Under the pieces are notes generated by a model, which searched no databases, was not told the DNA's origin, and saw only the letters and a program-made list of their open reading frames with translations. Below are positions 47,414 through 56,812 of a stretch of 64,000 nt of DNA, in pieces. The position numbers and the translations under genes are program-made. This DNA is from an uncultured Desulfarculaceae bacterium (GTDB lineage: Bacteria > Desulfobacterota > Desulfocorpusculales > Desulfocorpusculum). How positions within the stretch are numbered: the first letter of the stretch is position 1; every line of letters starts with the position of its first letter. The stretch spans positions 7,115 through 71,114 of the forward strand of contig CAYPWF010000010.1 in the NCBI GenBank assembly GCA_964414345.1, written 5' to 3'.

Positions 47414-49354
47414 TCAAACTGCTCTGCCTACGCGGGCTCCGTCCAGGATAGCCTCCTTAATGCTTCTGGGCTCCAGACAATCCCCTATGCGATACACCTC
47501 CAAGCCTGCCGAACAAAGAGGCGCAAAGAGCCTGTCCTCTGGACATGTGCCAAGTGCCAGGACCACGGCCGGCGCCTCTAGGCTCAAGGGCTCCTGCTCC
47601 ACCCCCGACAGACAGCTCAGACGTCCCTCCCTGTAACCGGTGATGCGGTGGTTGGTGAGCACCTCAACCCCGTGGCTCCTCAGGCGCTCCAGGATGAGCT
47701 TCCGGGTCATGGCCTCGTATTGGCTCCCCACTCGATCGGTCATCTCCACGATGCTCACCTTGTGACCCCACTCGGCAAGGTGAAGCGCCACCTCACAGCC
47801 TATGGCACCTCCTCCGGCCACAACCACCTTCTCGGGAAGGCTCTCCGGGCTCTCCAGGGCCTCCCTGTAAGTGCACACCCCATTGGCCCCCTCTTGGAGG
47901 AAGGGAAGACGGACGGGCTTGGCCCCGGTGGCCAGGACCACCACCTCCGGCCTCATCTCCAGGATCTCCTCTGGCCCCACAACACGGCCCATGCAACAGT
48001 CCACTTTGTGGAGAGCCAGCTGACGCTTGTGGAACCTCACGATGTTAAGGAGATCCTTTTTGTGGGAAGGGGTAGCCCCCAGCAGGATCTGACCCCCTAT
48101 TTGATCTGAGGCCTCCAGTAACTCCACCCGGTGGCCTCTGCTGGCAGCAACCCATGCTGCCTCGCACCCGGCAGGCCCTGCCCCCACCACCAACACCTTA
48201 CGCCTCCTGGAGGCTGGCCTGACGGCCATCTCCTGCTCCCGGCTGAGCTCTGGATTCACAAGGCACTCCACCCTGCCCTTCTTGAATATGGAATTGATGC
48301 AGGTGTTGCAACCAACGCACCTGCGGATCTCCTCCAGCCTTCCCTCCCTGGCCTTTCTGGGAAGCTCCGGATCGGCCAGCAGGGCCCTTCCCATGCAAAC
48401 CAGGTCAGCCTTCCCCTCCCTGAGGATCTCCTCTGCCAGCATGGGGCCATTGATCCTGCCCACGCAGATCACGGGGATGTCCACTGCTTCCTTGATCCTG
48501 TGTGCCGAATCCACCAGACAGCCCCTGGGCATGAGCATTGGCTGGGAGATCCACTCCGGGGTTGCGTCGTTTCCGGCCGAGACCTGCACCGCGTCTATTC
48601 CCACCTGCCTGAGCAGCCTCACGATCTGCACGCTCTCCTCCACCGTGAGCCCGCCCGGCACGAACTCCTGGGCGCTGATCTTGAAGGATATGGGAAAATC
48701 AGGGCCTACCCTTCTTCTTACCTCTTGCACCACTTCCACTGCGAAGCGGGCACGGCGCAAGGTGTCTCCGCCGTAATCATCTTCCCTTATGTTGGAGAAA
48801 CCCGAGAGAAACTGGTTTATCAGGTAACCATGGGCCCCGTGGATCTCGATGAGCTCGAAGCCGGCCTCCATGGCCCTCTGGGCCGCATCTCCGAAGAGCC
48901 TCACGATGCGCTGGATCCCTTCACGGTCCAGGACCTCCACATCACCGCGAATGGAGGGACAAGGCAAGGGCGATGGGGCAAGGGGAGGCCGGCCTATGAC
49001 CTTGGAGGAGGTCTGCCTGCCTGCATGGTGGATTTGAATCCCGGCCCTGGCTCCCTCCTGCTTTATCACCTTTGCCAGACTCGCCAACCCAGGTACAAAG
49101 GCATCGTCGAAGATGCGCATCTGATGAAAAGAGACTATTCCCTCAGGGGCTATTGCCGAGGCCTCCACCATTACCATCCCGGCCCCTCCCCTGGCCCGCT
49201 GGCGGTAATATTCCCTGGTTCTCTCTGTTACAGAGCCGTCAGCCTCCACCAGGAAGACCCCCATGGGCGGCATGACTATGCGGTTCTTGAGGCTCAGGCC
49301 CCTTAGCTCAAAGGGGGAGAAGAGGTGTTCTAGTCTCATGGACCAACTCTCCAA
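47414..49354 (-). CDS. NADH:flavin oxidoreductase (Old Yellow Enzyme family) fused to FAD/NAD(P)-binding oxidoreductase domain (2,4-dienoyl-CoA reductase-like)
   Basis: N-terminal OYE TIM-barrel (LKNRIVMPPMG...HGAHGYLINQFLS), Cys cluster, and C-terminal GxGxxG Rossmann domain (VLVVGAGPAGCEAA). Confidence 0.8.
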   Translation of the reverse strand: MESWSMRLEHLFSPFELRGLSLKNRIVMPPMGVFLVEADGSVTERTREYYRQRARGGAGMVMVEASAIAPEGIVSFHQMRIFDDAFVPGLASLAKVIKQEGARAGIQIHHAGRQTSSKVIGRPPLAPSPLPCPSIRGDVEVLDREGIQRIVRLFGDAAQRAMEAGFELIEIHGAHGYLINQFLSGFSNIREDDYGGDTLRRARFAVEVVQEVRRRVGPDFPISFKISAQEFVPGGLTVEESVQIVRLLRQVGIDAVQVSAGNDATPEWISQPMLMPRGCLVDSAHRIKEAVDIPVICVGRINGPMLAEEILREGKADLVCMGRALLADPELPRKAREGRLEEIRRCVGCNTCINSIFKKGRVECLVNPELSREQEMAVRPASRRRKVLVVGAGPAGCEAAWVAASRGHRVELLEASDQIGGQILLGATPSHKKDLLNIVRFHKRQLALHKVDCCMGRVVGPEEILEMRPEVVVLATGAKPVRLPFLQEGANGVCTYREALESPESLPEKVVVAGGGAIGCEVALHLAEWGHKVSIVEMTDRVGSQYEAMTRKLILERLRSHGVEVLTNHRITGYREGRLSCLSGVEQEPLSLEAPAVVLALGTCPEDRLFAPLCSAGLEVYRIGDCLEPRSIKEAILDGARVGRAV

Positions 49355-49442
49355 GGCGTGGAATCGGTTCCCGAATAAGACATTTGTAACTCCCCGGCTG
49401 GGTCATGTCAAACTGGGGGGTAACTCCTTCAAACTGAATGGC

Positions 49443-50252
49443 TCAGCCAGGGCTCTGAGCAGGGCCGCACCACATCTGCTGGAACTTCTGGCGGCTTATT
49501 CTCAAATAGTCCCTGTCAGGGGAGAAGACCTCGAAGGTGGCCCAGCCTTGGTAATCACATGCCTTGAGGGCCTCCACGACCTTGGCGTAAGGAACCCTGC
49601 CTGCCCCAATAGGCAGGTGCTCGTCCCTTTCCCCCCAGTTGTCGCTTAGATGAAGATGCAGGATGCGCTCAGCATAACCGTTTAGAAATTCCTGCACCCT
49701 CTGAAGGCCTCCGCCTATAAAGGCATGTGCCACATCCAGTGTGATTCCCAGGCTCGGGAATCTCTCCATTACGGGGGCGAAGTCCTTTGCTGTTACAAGC
49801 CAGCCGCCTCTGGGGAACATGTTCTCCAGGCCCACCGGAAGCCCCAGGCTTGCGGCCTCCTTGAGCAATGTATCGAGGCTCTCGAGGGCCGCTTGAGTGC
49901 TCAAATCCTTTGCCAAGTTACCCAACCCCAAGAAGCTTCCCGGGTGCATCACCACACAATGAGCCTCAAGATAAGAGGCCAGTCTCAGCCCTTCCAAGCA
50001 CTCCTCCAGGGAGGCTTTTCTTATGCGCGGGGTCAAATCAGCCGGCCATACAAAGGTGGGGAGGTGGGCCACCAAACCCAGGGAGCACTCCTTCAAAAGC
50101 CCCAATATTCGTTCCCTGTGCTCCCAAATAAGGGCAGGCAGGCCCTTGGGAGCATCCATGGCCAACTCCAAGAAATCAAATCCCAAGGAGCTAAAGGCCT
50201 GGATCTCCTCCTCCAGGTCTCTTAGGGGGAAGTTCATGGCTCCGTAAAACAA
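49443..50252 (-). CDS. Sugar-phosphate isomerase/epimerase (xylose-isomerase-like TIM barrel)
   Basis: AP-endonuclease-2/xylose-isomerase-like TIM fold motifs. Confidence 0.6.
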   Translation of the reverse strand: MFYGAMNFPLRDLEEEIQAFSSLGFDFLELAMDAPKGLPALIWEHRERILGLLKECSLGLVAHLPTFVWPADLTPRIRKASLEECLEGLRLASYLEAHCVVMHPGSFLGLGNLAKDLSTQAALESLDTLLKEAASLGLPVGLENMFPRGGWLVTAKDFAPVMERFPSLGITLDVAHAFIGGGLQRVQEFLNGYAERILHLHLSDNWGERDEHLPIGAGRVPYAKVVEALKACDYQGWATFEVFSPDRDYLRISRQKFQQMWCGPAQSPG

Positions 50253-50254
50253 GC

Positions 50255-51100
50255 TCAGTCCTCCTGGGTTCGAGGCTCCATCATGGAAGAGCTCAGGGCC
50301 CTTATGGATTCCTCCCGGATGAGGCGGGAGACCTCGGTCTTTATTCTCAGGAACTCCGGGGATCCCTTGACCTGGTAATCCCTGGGACGGGAAAGGGGAA
50401 CCTCCAGCACTGCCTTTATCCTTCCGGGGCGTGCTGTCATGACAAAGATCCGGTCCGAAAGGAAGACCGCCTCTTCCACGTCATGGGTCACAAAAAGGAT
50501 GGTCTTGTGAAGTTCTTCCCAAATCTGCAAGAGAAGCTCCTGCATGAGGGAACGGGTCTGGGTGTCCAAAGCCCCGAAAGGTTCATCCAAGAGCAAGATG
50601 TTGGGATCATTGGCCAGGGCCCTGGCAATTGCCACCCTCTGTTTCATTCCCCCAGAGAGGCTTCTGGGATAAGCACGCTCGAATCCTGAGAGTCCTATTT
50701 TCTGGACGAATCCTCTAGCCACCGCCTCGCAATCGCTTTTTTCGCGGCCCGAGAGTCGAAGCCCAAACTGGATGTTCTCCATCACCGTAAGCCAGGGGAA
50801 AAGAGTGTAATTCTGGAACACCATGCCGCGGTCTTTTCCAGGGCCCTCTATGATCCGGCCGTCTAGGGTGGCACTCCCTGCACTGGGTCTTGAAAGACCG
50901 GCCAGGATCCTAAGCAGAGTGGACTTCCCGCATCCCGAAGGTCCCAAGATGGTGGCAAACTCCTGGTCTCGGATCTCCATCTGGATCCCCTCCAGAGCCG
51001 TGACCTCTGCCCCGTGGGAGCGGAAGCTCTTGGAGAGCCCCTCCACCCTCAATCTCACCGAATTCATTCTGTCCAAGGGAAGAGTTTCCTTTGCAACCAT
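50255..51100 (-). CDS. ABC transporter ATP-binding protein (NitT/TauT family)
   Basis: Walker A GPSGCGKST, signature LSGGMKQR, Walker B LLLDEPF. Confidence 0.9.
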   Translation of the reverse strand: MVAKETLPLDRMNSVRLRVEGLSKSFRSHGAEVTALEGIQMEIRDQEFATILGPSGCGKSTLLRILAGLSRPSAGSATLDGRIIEGPGKDRGMVFQNYTLFPWLTVMENIQFGLRLSGREKSDCEAVARGFVQKIGLSGFERAYPRSLSGGMKQRVAIARALANDPNILLLDEPFGALDTQTRSLMQELLLQIWEELHKTILFVTHDVEEAVFLSDRIFVMTARPGRIKAVLEVPLSRPRDYQVKGSPEFLRIKTEVSRLIREESIRALSSSMMEPRTQED

Positions 51101-51852
51101 TTGAAGCCCAGGTCCGTGAGCAGACCCAGCATCCCGATGGTGATGATGGAAAAGATTATGTTGCCTGTCTGAAGCAACCTCTGGGAATTCAGTATCCTAT
51201 AGCCCAGACCTGCCTCGGAGGCCACCAGCTCAGCCACTATTATGTAAGTCCAGGCCCATCCCATTATTATTCTTAAGGTATCCAGGATGCCGGGCATGCT
51301 GGCGGGAAGCAATACCTTTAGGATGACCTGAAATCTGCTTGCCCCCAATGTATAGGCTGTCTCCAATATCTCCATAGGGACCGCCCTGGCCACCACCGTA
51401 ACCATAAGGGCCAGTTGAAAGAAGCTCCCCACAAAGATGATGGCCACCTTCTCCAGATCCCCAATGCCCAACCAAAGGATGAAAAGCGGGATGAAAGCCG
51501 ATGCAGGCATGTAACGCACAAAGCCCACCAGGGGTTCGAAAAAAGCCTCAGCCGCCCTGAAGGTCCCCATTAGCAGACCCAAAGGAACCCCGAGGAGGGA
51601 TGCCACCAGGAAGCCCAAAAGTATTCTATAAGTACTGGCCCAGATGTCGGCCAAAAAGTCCAGTTCCGCAAACAGTTCGTACCCTGCACGCAGGACTTGG
51701 TCTGGCCTGGGAAGGAAAAAGGGTTGAATAAGGCCCAGGGAAGTTACTACCCACCAGAGGAAAAGAACCGCGGCGAACCCCCCAAGACCCAGACAGATCT
51801 GGAAACTCCTGGGAATAGGTGCCCTGGGGGTGAGGATTGATCTCCAGTCCAT
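51064..51852 (-). CDS. ABC transporter permease (NitT/TauT family)
   Basis: BPD-transporter inner-membrane component. Confidence 0.85.
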   Translation of the reverse strand: MDWRSILTPRAPIPRSFQICLGLGGFAAVLFLWWVVTSLGLIQPFFLPRPDQVLRAGYELFAELDFLADIWASTYRILLGFLVASLLGVPLGLLMGTFRAAEAFFEPLVGFVRYMPASAFIPLFILWLGIGDLEKVAIIFVGSFFQLALMVTVVARAVPMEILETAYTLGASRFQVILKVLLPASMPGILDTLRIIMGWAWTYIIVAELVASEAGLGYRILNSQRLLQTGNIIFSIITIGMLGLLTDLGFKWLQRKLFPWTE

Positions 51853-51949
51853 GATACTCGAGTTTGCAAACCAGCTCTCGTTCGGTTCCCTGCGCGATCT
51901 CCAGAGAAACAGACAGGGGGCCAGGTCTTGCCGGGCCCCCTCGCAGGCT

Positions 51950-52918
51950 TCACTTGATGAAGGAACCGTCTATCACGCTTTTAGGATCCACCCGCTTGGG
52001 GATCTGCTTGGTTTCCATCCAGAGATCCAGGGCCCTTTCCACCACTTTGTACAACTCTCCGGGCTTATCCCCTGTTCCGAAATAGGCCTTGTTCTCAGCC
52101 AGGCCGTAGAAGCGCACTCCCTCTATGTGTTTCTTGTAAAGCTCCGGGGTATCCTTTGTGAACTTGGCCATTATGGCGTTGGCGTCATCCGGGTTTTTCT
52201 TGTGGTATTCCAGGGCCTCGAACCATGCTGCCACTATCTTGCTGACAGCATCCTTGTTCTTTTCTATGAAGTCCGGCCTGAAAGCCAGGGCGTCCACTAT
52301 GACACCGGGGGTCTTACGGCTGTCCAGGAGCACATGCCCTTTGCCCTCCCCCGCTGCCCTGGAGAGATGAGGCTCCCAGGTTATGGCTGCGTCCACTTTG
52401 CCGGCCACAAAAGCAGAGGCCGCATCCCCGGCCGTCATGTCTATCATATTGATATCCGATAGTTTCATGTTGTGCTGGGTAAGTACATAGTTGGTCCAAA
52501 AAAGCGTGGCCCCACCCTTGTGCCCGGCCACGTTCTTGCCCTTTAGGTCCTCCACTTTTTTTATGGACTGAACAGCCACTATCCCGTCCCCGCCATAGGA
52601 ATCATCCAGAGCCAGGACCATTTTTACAGGGATGTCATTGGCCGCAGTTATGACATGGGCGTCCGCAGTGGTGCACATGCCCTGGATGTGCCCGGCAGCC
52701 AAAGCCGCCCTTCTGTCGGCCACTTTCTCGATTATTTTCACTTCCACATCCAGCCCCCTGGCTTTGAAAAAGCCCTTTTCCTGAGCCAAATAAAGGGGAG
52801 CGTAACCTATCCAATTGGACATGCCTATCAAGATCTTCTCCGCCGCCGGTGCACTTGCGGGAAGCACCACCGCGCACATGGCCGCCACCAAAAGCCATAT
52901 TCCCAGCTTTTGCCTCAT
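51950..52918 (-). CDS. ABC transporter substrate-binding protein (NMT1/THI5-like, NitT/TauT family)
   Basis: Signal peptide, GMSNWIGYAPLYLAQEKGFFK motif. Confidence 0.8.
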   Translation of the reverse strand: MRQKLGIWLLVAAMCAVVLPASAPAAEKILIGMSNWIGYAPLYLAQEKGFFKARGLDVEVKIIEKVADRRAALAAGHIQGMCTTADAHVITAANDIPVKMVLALDDSYGGDGIVAVQSIKKVEDLKGKNVAGHKGGATLFWTNYVLTQHNMKLSDINMIDMTAGDAASAFVAGKVDAAITWEPHLSRAAGEGKGHVLLDSRKTPGVIVDALAFRPDFIEKNKDAVSKIVAAWFEALEYHKKNPDDANAIMAKFTKDTPELYKKHIEGVRFYGLAENKAYFGTGDKPGELYKVVERALDLWMETKQIPKRVDPKSVIDGSFIK

Positions 52919-53010
52919 GGTCCCCTCCTGATCTTTGGTTTTTGGAAGTCTCGAATTTCTTTGGAGACAATCACAGGAGTCTGTATGCTACATTTCCTAG
53001 AGCCCTCGTG

Positions 53011-54384
53011 TCAAGAAGCGCGCCTTAGTTTGAAGGCCGAAAACCCGTCCATTCCGTGCTTATGGGGAAAGGTGCGCAGGAATCCATCCGGGCCCACCAA
53101 AGCTGCGGCCTCCAAAGGCAGCCCTTGGGCAGAGACCAGCAGTTCCAAGCCCAAGCCTTTTCCCAGAATGGCTTCCCTTACTGCTTCTGTTTCCTCCTGG
53201 GTGTGGGTGCAGACGCTGTAGAGCAATATCCCGCCAGGGGCCAAAAGAAGGGCCATATTTTCCAACATCCGGATCTGGATTTTGGACATACGGGAGATGT
53301 CTTGGGGAGTTCGCCTCCATTTGGCATCAGGATTCCTTCTCAGAACACCCAGGCCTGAACACGGGGCGTCCAGGAGAATACGCTGAAAAGGACCCCTGGG
53401 GAGACTGGAGGGATCCAAGAGATCGGTTTTCTGGATGGTTACACAGCTGATGCCCAGCCGCCTGCACTCCTGAGACAAGAGATGGAGCCTGGATTTGTGG
53501 ATATCCAGGGCCAGGATCCTTCCTTTGTTTCCCAGGAGTTGAGCCATGTGAGCGGTTTTGCCGCCCGGGGCCGCACATGCATCCAGCACAGTCTGGTCTT
53601 CCTGGAGCTCCAGCCAGTGGGAGATGAGCTGAGAGGCCTCATCCTGCACTTGGAACCAGCCGCGTCGAAAAGGCCCTAGGCTGCTCAAAGGTGTTTGAAT
53701 TTTTCCAACCTGTACAGCCTCGGGGCTGAACTTGGTGGGGAAAACCTCCAAACCTTCTTGCTCAAGAGCTTTCATCAATCCATCACGGCTGATCTTAAGG
53801 GTGTTGGTCCTCAGGGTAATGGGCGGCACCTGATTGTTGGCAAGACAAAGCGCCCTTGCTTCGCTTGAGCCCCATTGCTGAATCCATTTCTCAACCATCC
53901 AAAGGGGGTGGGATGTTTCCATGGCTATACGCTCTGAATCAGGCAAAGCGGAATCCACCTGAAGCAGAGAGCGGCCCTTTTCGGCCAGGGCTCGAAGCAC
54001 CCCATTGACGAAGCCTGCGGCATAGCCCAAACCCAACTCCCTCACCAGCTCCACGGTTTCGTTGACTGCTGCGGGGACCGGGATCCGCTCCAGGAAGAGG
54101 ATCTGATATGCACCCATGCGAAGGGCTGAGAGAAGTTTGCCGGGGATCCTGGACAAGGGGCGGGAACTCACCCGGCTTAAAGCCATGTCCAGGCTTGCCT
54201 GCCACCTAAGGGTGCCCATTACCAACTCTTGGGCAAGAGCTTTGTCTTGGCGTGCAAGTGTGGGATCCCTCTCGAGTCTGGCAGAAAGGAGCAGATCAGG
54301 GTAAGCCTCTTGGCGTTGGGTGCGCCAAAGCACTTCCCAGGCCAAGCGCCTGGCTCCTCCATATTTTCTCCTGCTTTCATCCAT
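53011..54384 (-). CDS. rsmB: 16S rRNA (cytosine-C5) methyltransferase RsmB/Sun
   Basis: NusB-like N-terminal domain plus SAM-MTase DACAAPGGKT and PCSG motifs. Confidence 0.85.
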   Translation of the reverse strand: MDESRRKYGGARRLAWEVLWRTQRQEAYPDLLLSARLERDPTLARQDKALAQELVMGTLRWQASLDMALSRVSSRPLSRIPGKLLSALRMGAYQILFLERIPVPAAVNETVELVRELGLGYAAGFVNGVLRALAEKGRSLLQVDSALPDSERIAMETSHPLWMVEKWIQQWGSSEARALCLANNQVPPITLRTNTLKISRDGLMKALEQEGLEVFPTKFSPEAVQVGKIQTPLSSLGPFRRGWFQVQDEASQLISHWLELQEDQTVLDACAAPGGKTAHMAQLLGNKGRILALDIHKSRLHLLSQECRRLGISCVTIQKTDLLDPSSLPRGPFQRILLDAPCSGLGVLRRNPDAKWRRTPQDISRMSKIQIRMLENMALLLAPGGILLYSVCTHTQEETEAVREAILGKGLGLELLVSAQGLPLEAAALVGPDGFLRTFPHKHGMDGFSAFKLRRAS

Positions 54385-54549
54385 GGGCTTCCATAGCCTT
54401 TAGGCCCACAAGATCTCCTTCTGAATTACTGGGCCTCAGATCCAAAGCCCAACCAGCCTTTGGGAGGATCCGTGCGAGGGGTTTGTGGCTGGAGAAGGGA
54501 CCAGGCCTGCCGGGAGTTTGCGACCCATTAAAGGGACTTCAGGACTGGC

Positions 54550-55491
54550 CTAATCGGATCCCAGGATTTCCCCCTCGGACATACCCCTTCCGGATATGAA
54601 GGCCTGGGCCGTCATGATCGGTCTGGCTTCAGGTTGCAGTTTCAGGACCTCCAAAATGCCTTTTCCCGTGGCTATCCAGAGGCTTTCCCCTCTGGCCTTT
54701 AGGATTGTGCCCGGCCTTTGGTCTGATTCCAGAGCCAGGGCTCTAGCCTTTAGGATCTTTAGCTGTTTGCCCCTCCAAGAGGTATAGGCAGCAGGCCATG
54801 GGAGCATGGCTCTTACCTTTCTGCATATTCTCTGTGCTGTTTCCTCCCAAATTATCCGCCCGTCCTGCTTGCGAAGCCTGGGGGCGTATGTGGCTTCTTC
54901 ATCTCTTTGGGGGGAGCAAACCAGCTCCCCCTTCTCCAGCTTATCCAAGCTCTCCACCATGAGCCCTGCCCCCAGCAAAGAGAGTCTCTCTGAGAGCTCT
55001 TGGGCATCCTCCTCCACTCCTATGGGGGTTTTTACAAAAGACAGCACAGGCCCTGTGTCCAAGCCCTCATCCATCTGAATCACGCTCAAGCCCGTCACCT
55101 CATCCCCCATCAGGATGGCCCAGGCGATGGGAGCGGCCCCTCTGTGACGAGGCAGAAGTGAGGCGTGAAGGTTAAGGCAACCCAGAGGCGGTATCTCTAA
55201 GAAAGCGGGAGGAAGAATCTGTCCATAGGCCACCACCACAGCAACATCGGGCTTTAGAAGCCGGATCTCACGCAAACAATCAGGATCTCCGGCCCGCTGT
55301 GGTTCCATGACCTTGAGGCCTGCCTTCAAGGCAGTGCTCTTCACCGGGGAAGGTTTCAGAATGCGGCCTCTGCCCGCCGGCCTGTCCGGCTGGGTGATCA
55401 CACTCAACACTTTGTGCGAAGATTCCAAGATGGCCTGCAGGGTTGGAACCGCAAAAGCTGGTGTCCCCACGAAGAGGACCCGAAGGCTCAT
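54550..55491 (-). CDS. fmt: Methionyl-tRNA formyltransferase
   Basis: Formyltransferase N-terminal HASLLPRHRGAAPI motif. Confidence 0.9.
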   Translation of the reverse strand: MSLRVLFVGTPAFAVPTLQAILESSHKVLSVITQPDRPAGRGRILKPSPVKSTALKAGLKVMEPQRAGDPDCLREIRLLKPDVAVVVAYGQILPPAFLEIPPLGCLNLHASLLPRHRGAAPIAWAILMGDEVTGLSVIQMDEGLDTGPVLSFVKTPIGVEEDAQELSERLSLLGAGLMVESLDKLEKGELVCSPQRDEEATYAPRLRKQDGRIIWEETAQRICRKVRAMLPWPAAYTSWRGKQLKILKARALALESDQRPGTILKARGESLWIATGKGILEVLKLQPEARPIMTAQAFISGRGMSEGEILGSD

Positions 55492-56000
55492 GCCGAAGCC
55501 CTTGCGGCCTCTTTGAGCCGCCTGCGCCGGTAAAGCTCTCTTTTGAGGGAACTTACTTTGTCAATGATCAACCTGCCGTCCAGATGATCCAGCTCGTGTT
55601 GTAGGGCTATTGCCAGAAGTCCCTCGGCCTTTATCTGAAATCTCTTCCCCGAGAGATCCTGGCCTGCCATGAGCACCTTTTCCATGCGGGAGACTTCCAC
55701 CAGCATGTCAGGCACGCTCAGGCAACCCTCTTCCCAGATGATCTGGCCCTCCCCTTCTAAAATCTCAGGATTAATAAAGACCATGGGTCCGGCATTCTCC
55801 TGGTGGGAGGAGACATCCACCACAAAAAGCCGTATGTTTCGACCCACCTGCGGTGCTGCTAGCCCTACTCCAGGAGCCTGGTACATGGTTTGGAACATGT
55901 CTTCCACCAGCCGTTTCAGATCCTGAGGGTTTCCCTTCACCGGCAGACTGGGTCGCTTAAGAATTGGGTCCGGATATGTAAGAATCTTAAGCAGGCTCAT
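55488..56000 (-). CDS. def: Peptide deformylase
   Basis: GVGLAAPQVG, EGCLS, HELDH motifs. Confidence 0.95.
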   Translation of the reverse strand: MSLLKILTYPDPILKRPSLPVKGNPQDLKRLVEDMFQTMYQAPGVGLAAPQVGRNIRLFVVDVSSHQENAGPMVFINPEILEGEGQIIWEEGCLSVPDMLVEVSRMEKVLMAGQDLSGKRFQIKAEGLLAIALQHELDHLDGRLIIDKVSSLKRELYRRRRLKEAARASA

Positions 56001-56812
56001 TGCGAGGCCCCTTGTCAGCGCAAGCCATTTTCTTTACTATAGAAAACCGGTCAGACCAAGTCAAGGAATCCGCCTTGCAGACAAAAGAAAACTTGATCTC
56101 CAGATCCGCCAAAATAGCCCCGTCGCTCTTGTCCGCCGACTTCGGCCGCCTGGCAGAGGAAGTCCTGGCTTTGGAACGGGCCGGAGCAGACTGGATCCAT
56201 CTGGATGTGATGGACGGGCATTTTGTGCCCAACATCACCTTCGGTCCCCGCACCGTGGAGGCAGTGCGCAGTGTCACCAGCCTCCCCTTGGAAGCACACC
56301 TTATGGTGGAAAACCCGGATCGTCATCTCAAGGCCTTTGTCTCGGCAGGAGCAGACCTGGTCACCGTGCATGTGGAGGTATGCACCCATCTTCACAGGAC
56401 CTTGCAACGCATCCGGGATCTTGGGGCCAGCCCGGGGGTGGTTCTAAACCCTTCCACCCCTCTGAGTTCCTTGGAATATGTGCTGGAGGAAGTAGCACTG
56501 GTGATGATAATGACCGTGAATCCGGGTTTTGGGGGGCAGAACTTTATTCAAGCCATGATTCCCAAGATCCGGACCCTGCGCAAGATGATGGACGAGAGGG
56601 ATTCCCGGGCTGAGTTGGAGGTGGACGGGGGGGTTCACTTGGGCAACCTCAAAGAGGTGGCAAGGGCCGGGGCCACGGTTTTCGTCTCCGGCACAGGCAT
56701 CCTGGGTACAGAGGACTACGCGACCACCATCCGACGCATGCGGGAGGAGATAAGACTGGCCAAGGCTGGGGGAGGTTTGGATGCGGCGGACAAAGGTTCC
56801 TCCGCTGGATGA
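56000..56812 (+). CDS. rpe: Ribulose-phosphate 3-epimerase
   Basis: IAPSLLSADFGRL...HLDVMDGHFVPNITFG; start likely downstream of the track start (non-ATG). Confidence 0.85.
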   Translation: MRGPLSAQAIFFTIENRSDQVKESALQTKENLISRSAKIAPSLLSADFGRLAEEVLALERAGADWIHLDVMDGHFVPNITFGPRTVEAVRSVTSLPLEAHLMVENPDRHLKAFVSAGADLVTVHVEVCTHLHRTLQRIRDLGASPGVVLNPSTPLSSLEYVLEEVALVMIMTVNPGFGGQNFIQAMIPKIRTLRKMMDERDSRAELEVDGGVHLGNLKEVARAGATVFVSGTGILGTEDYATTIRRMREEIRLAKAGGGLDAADKGSSAG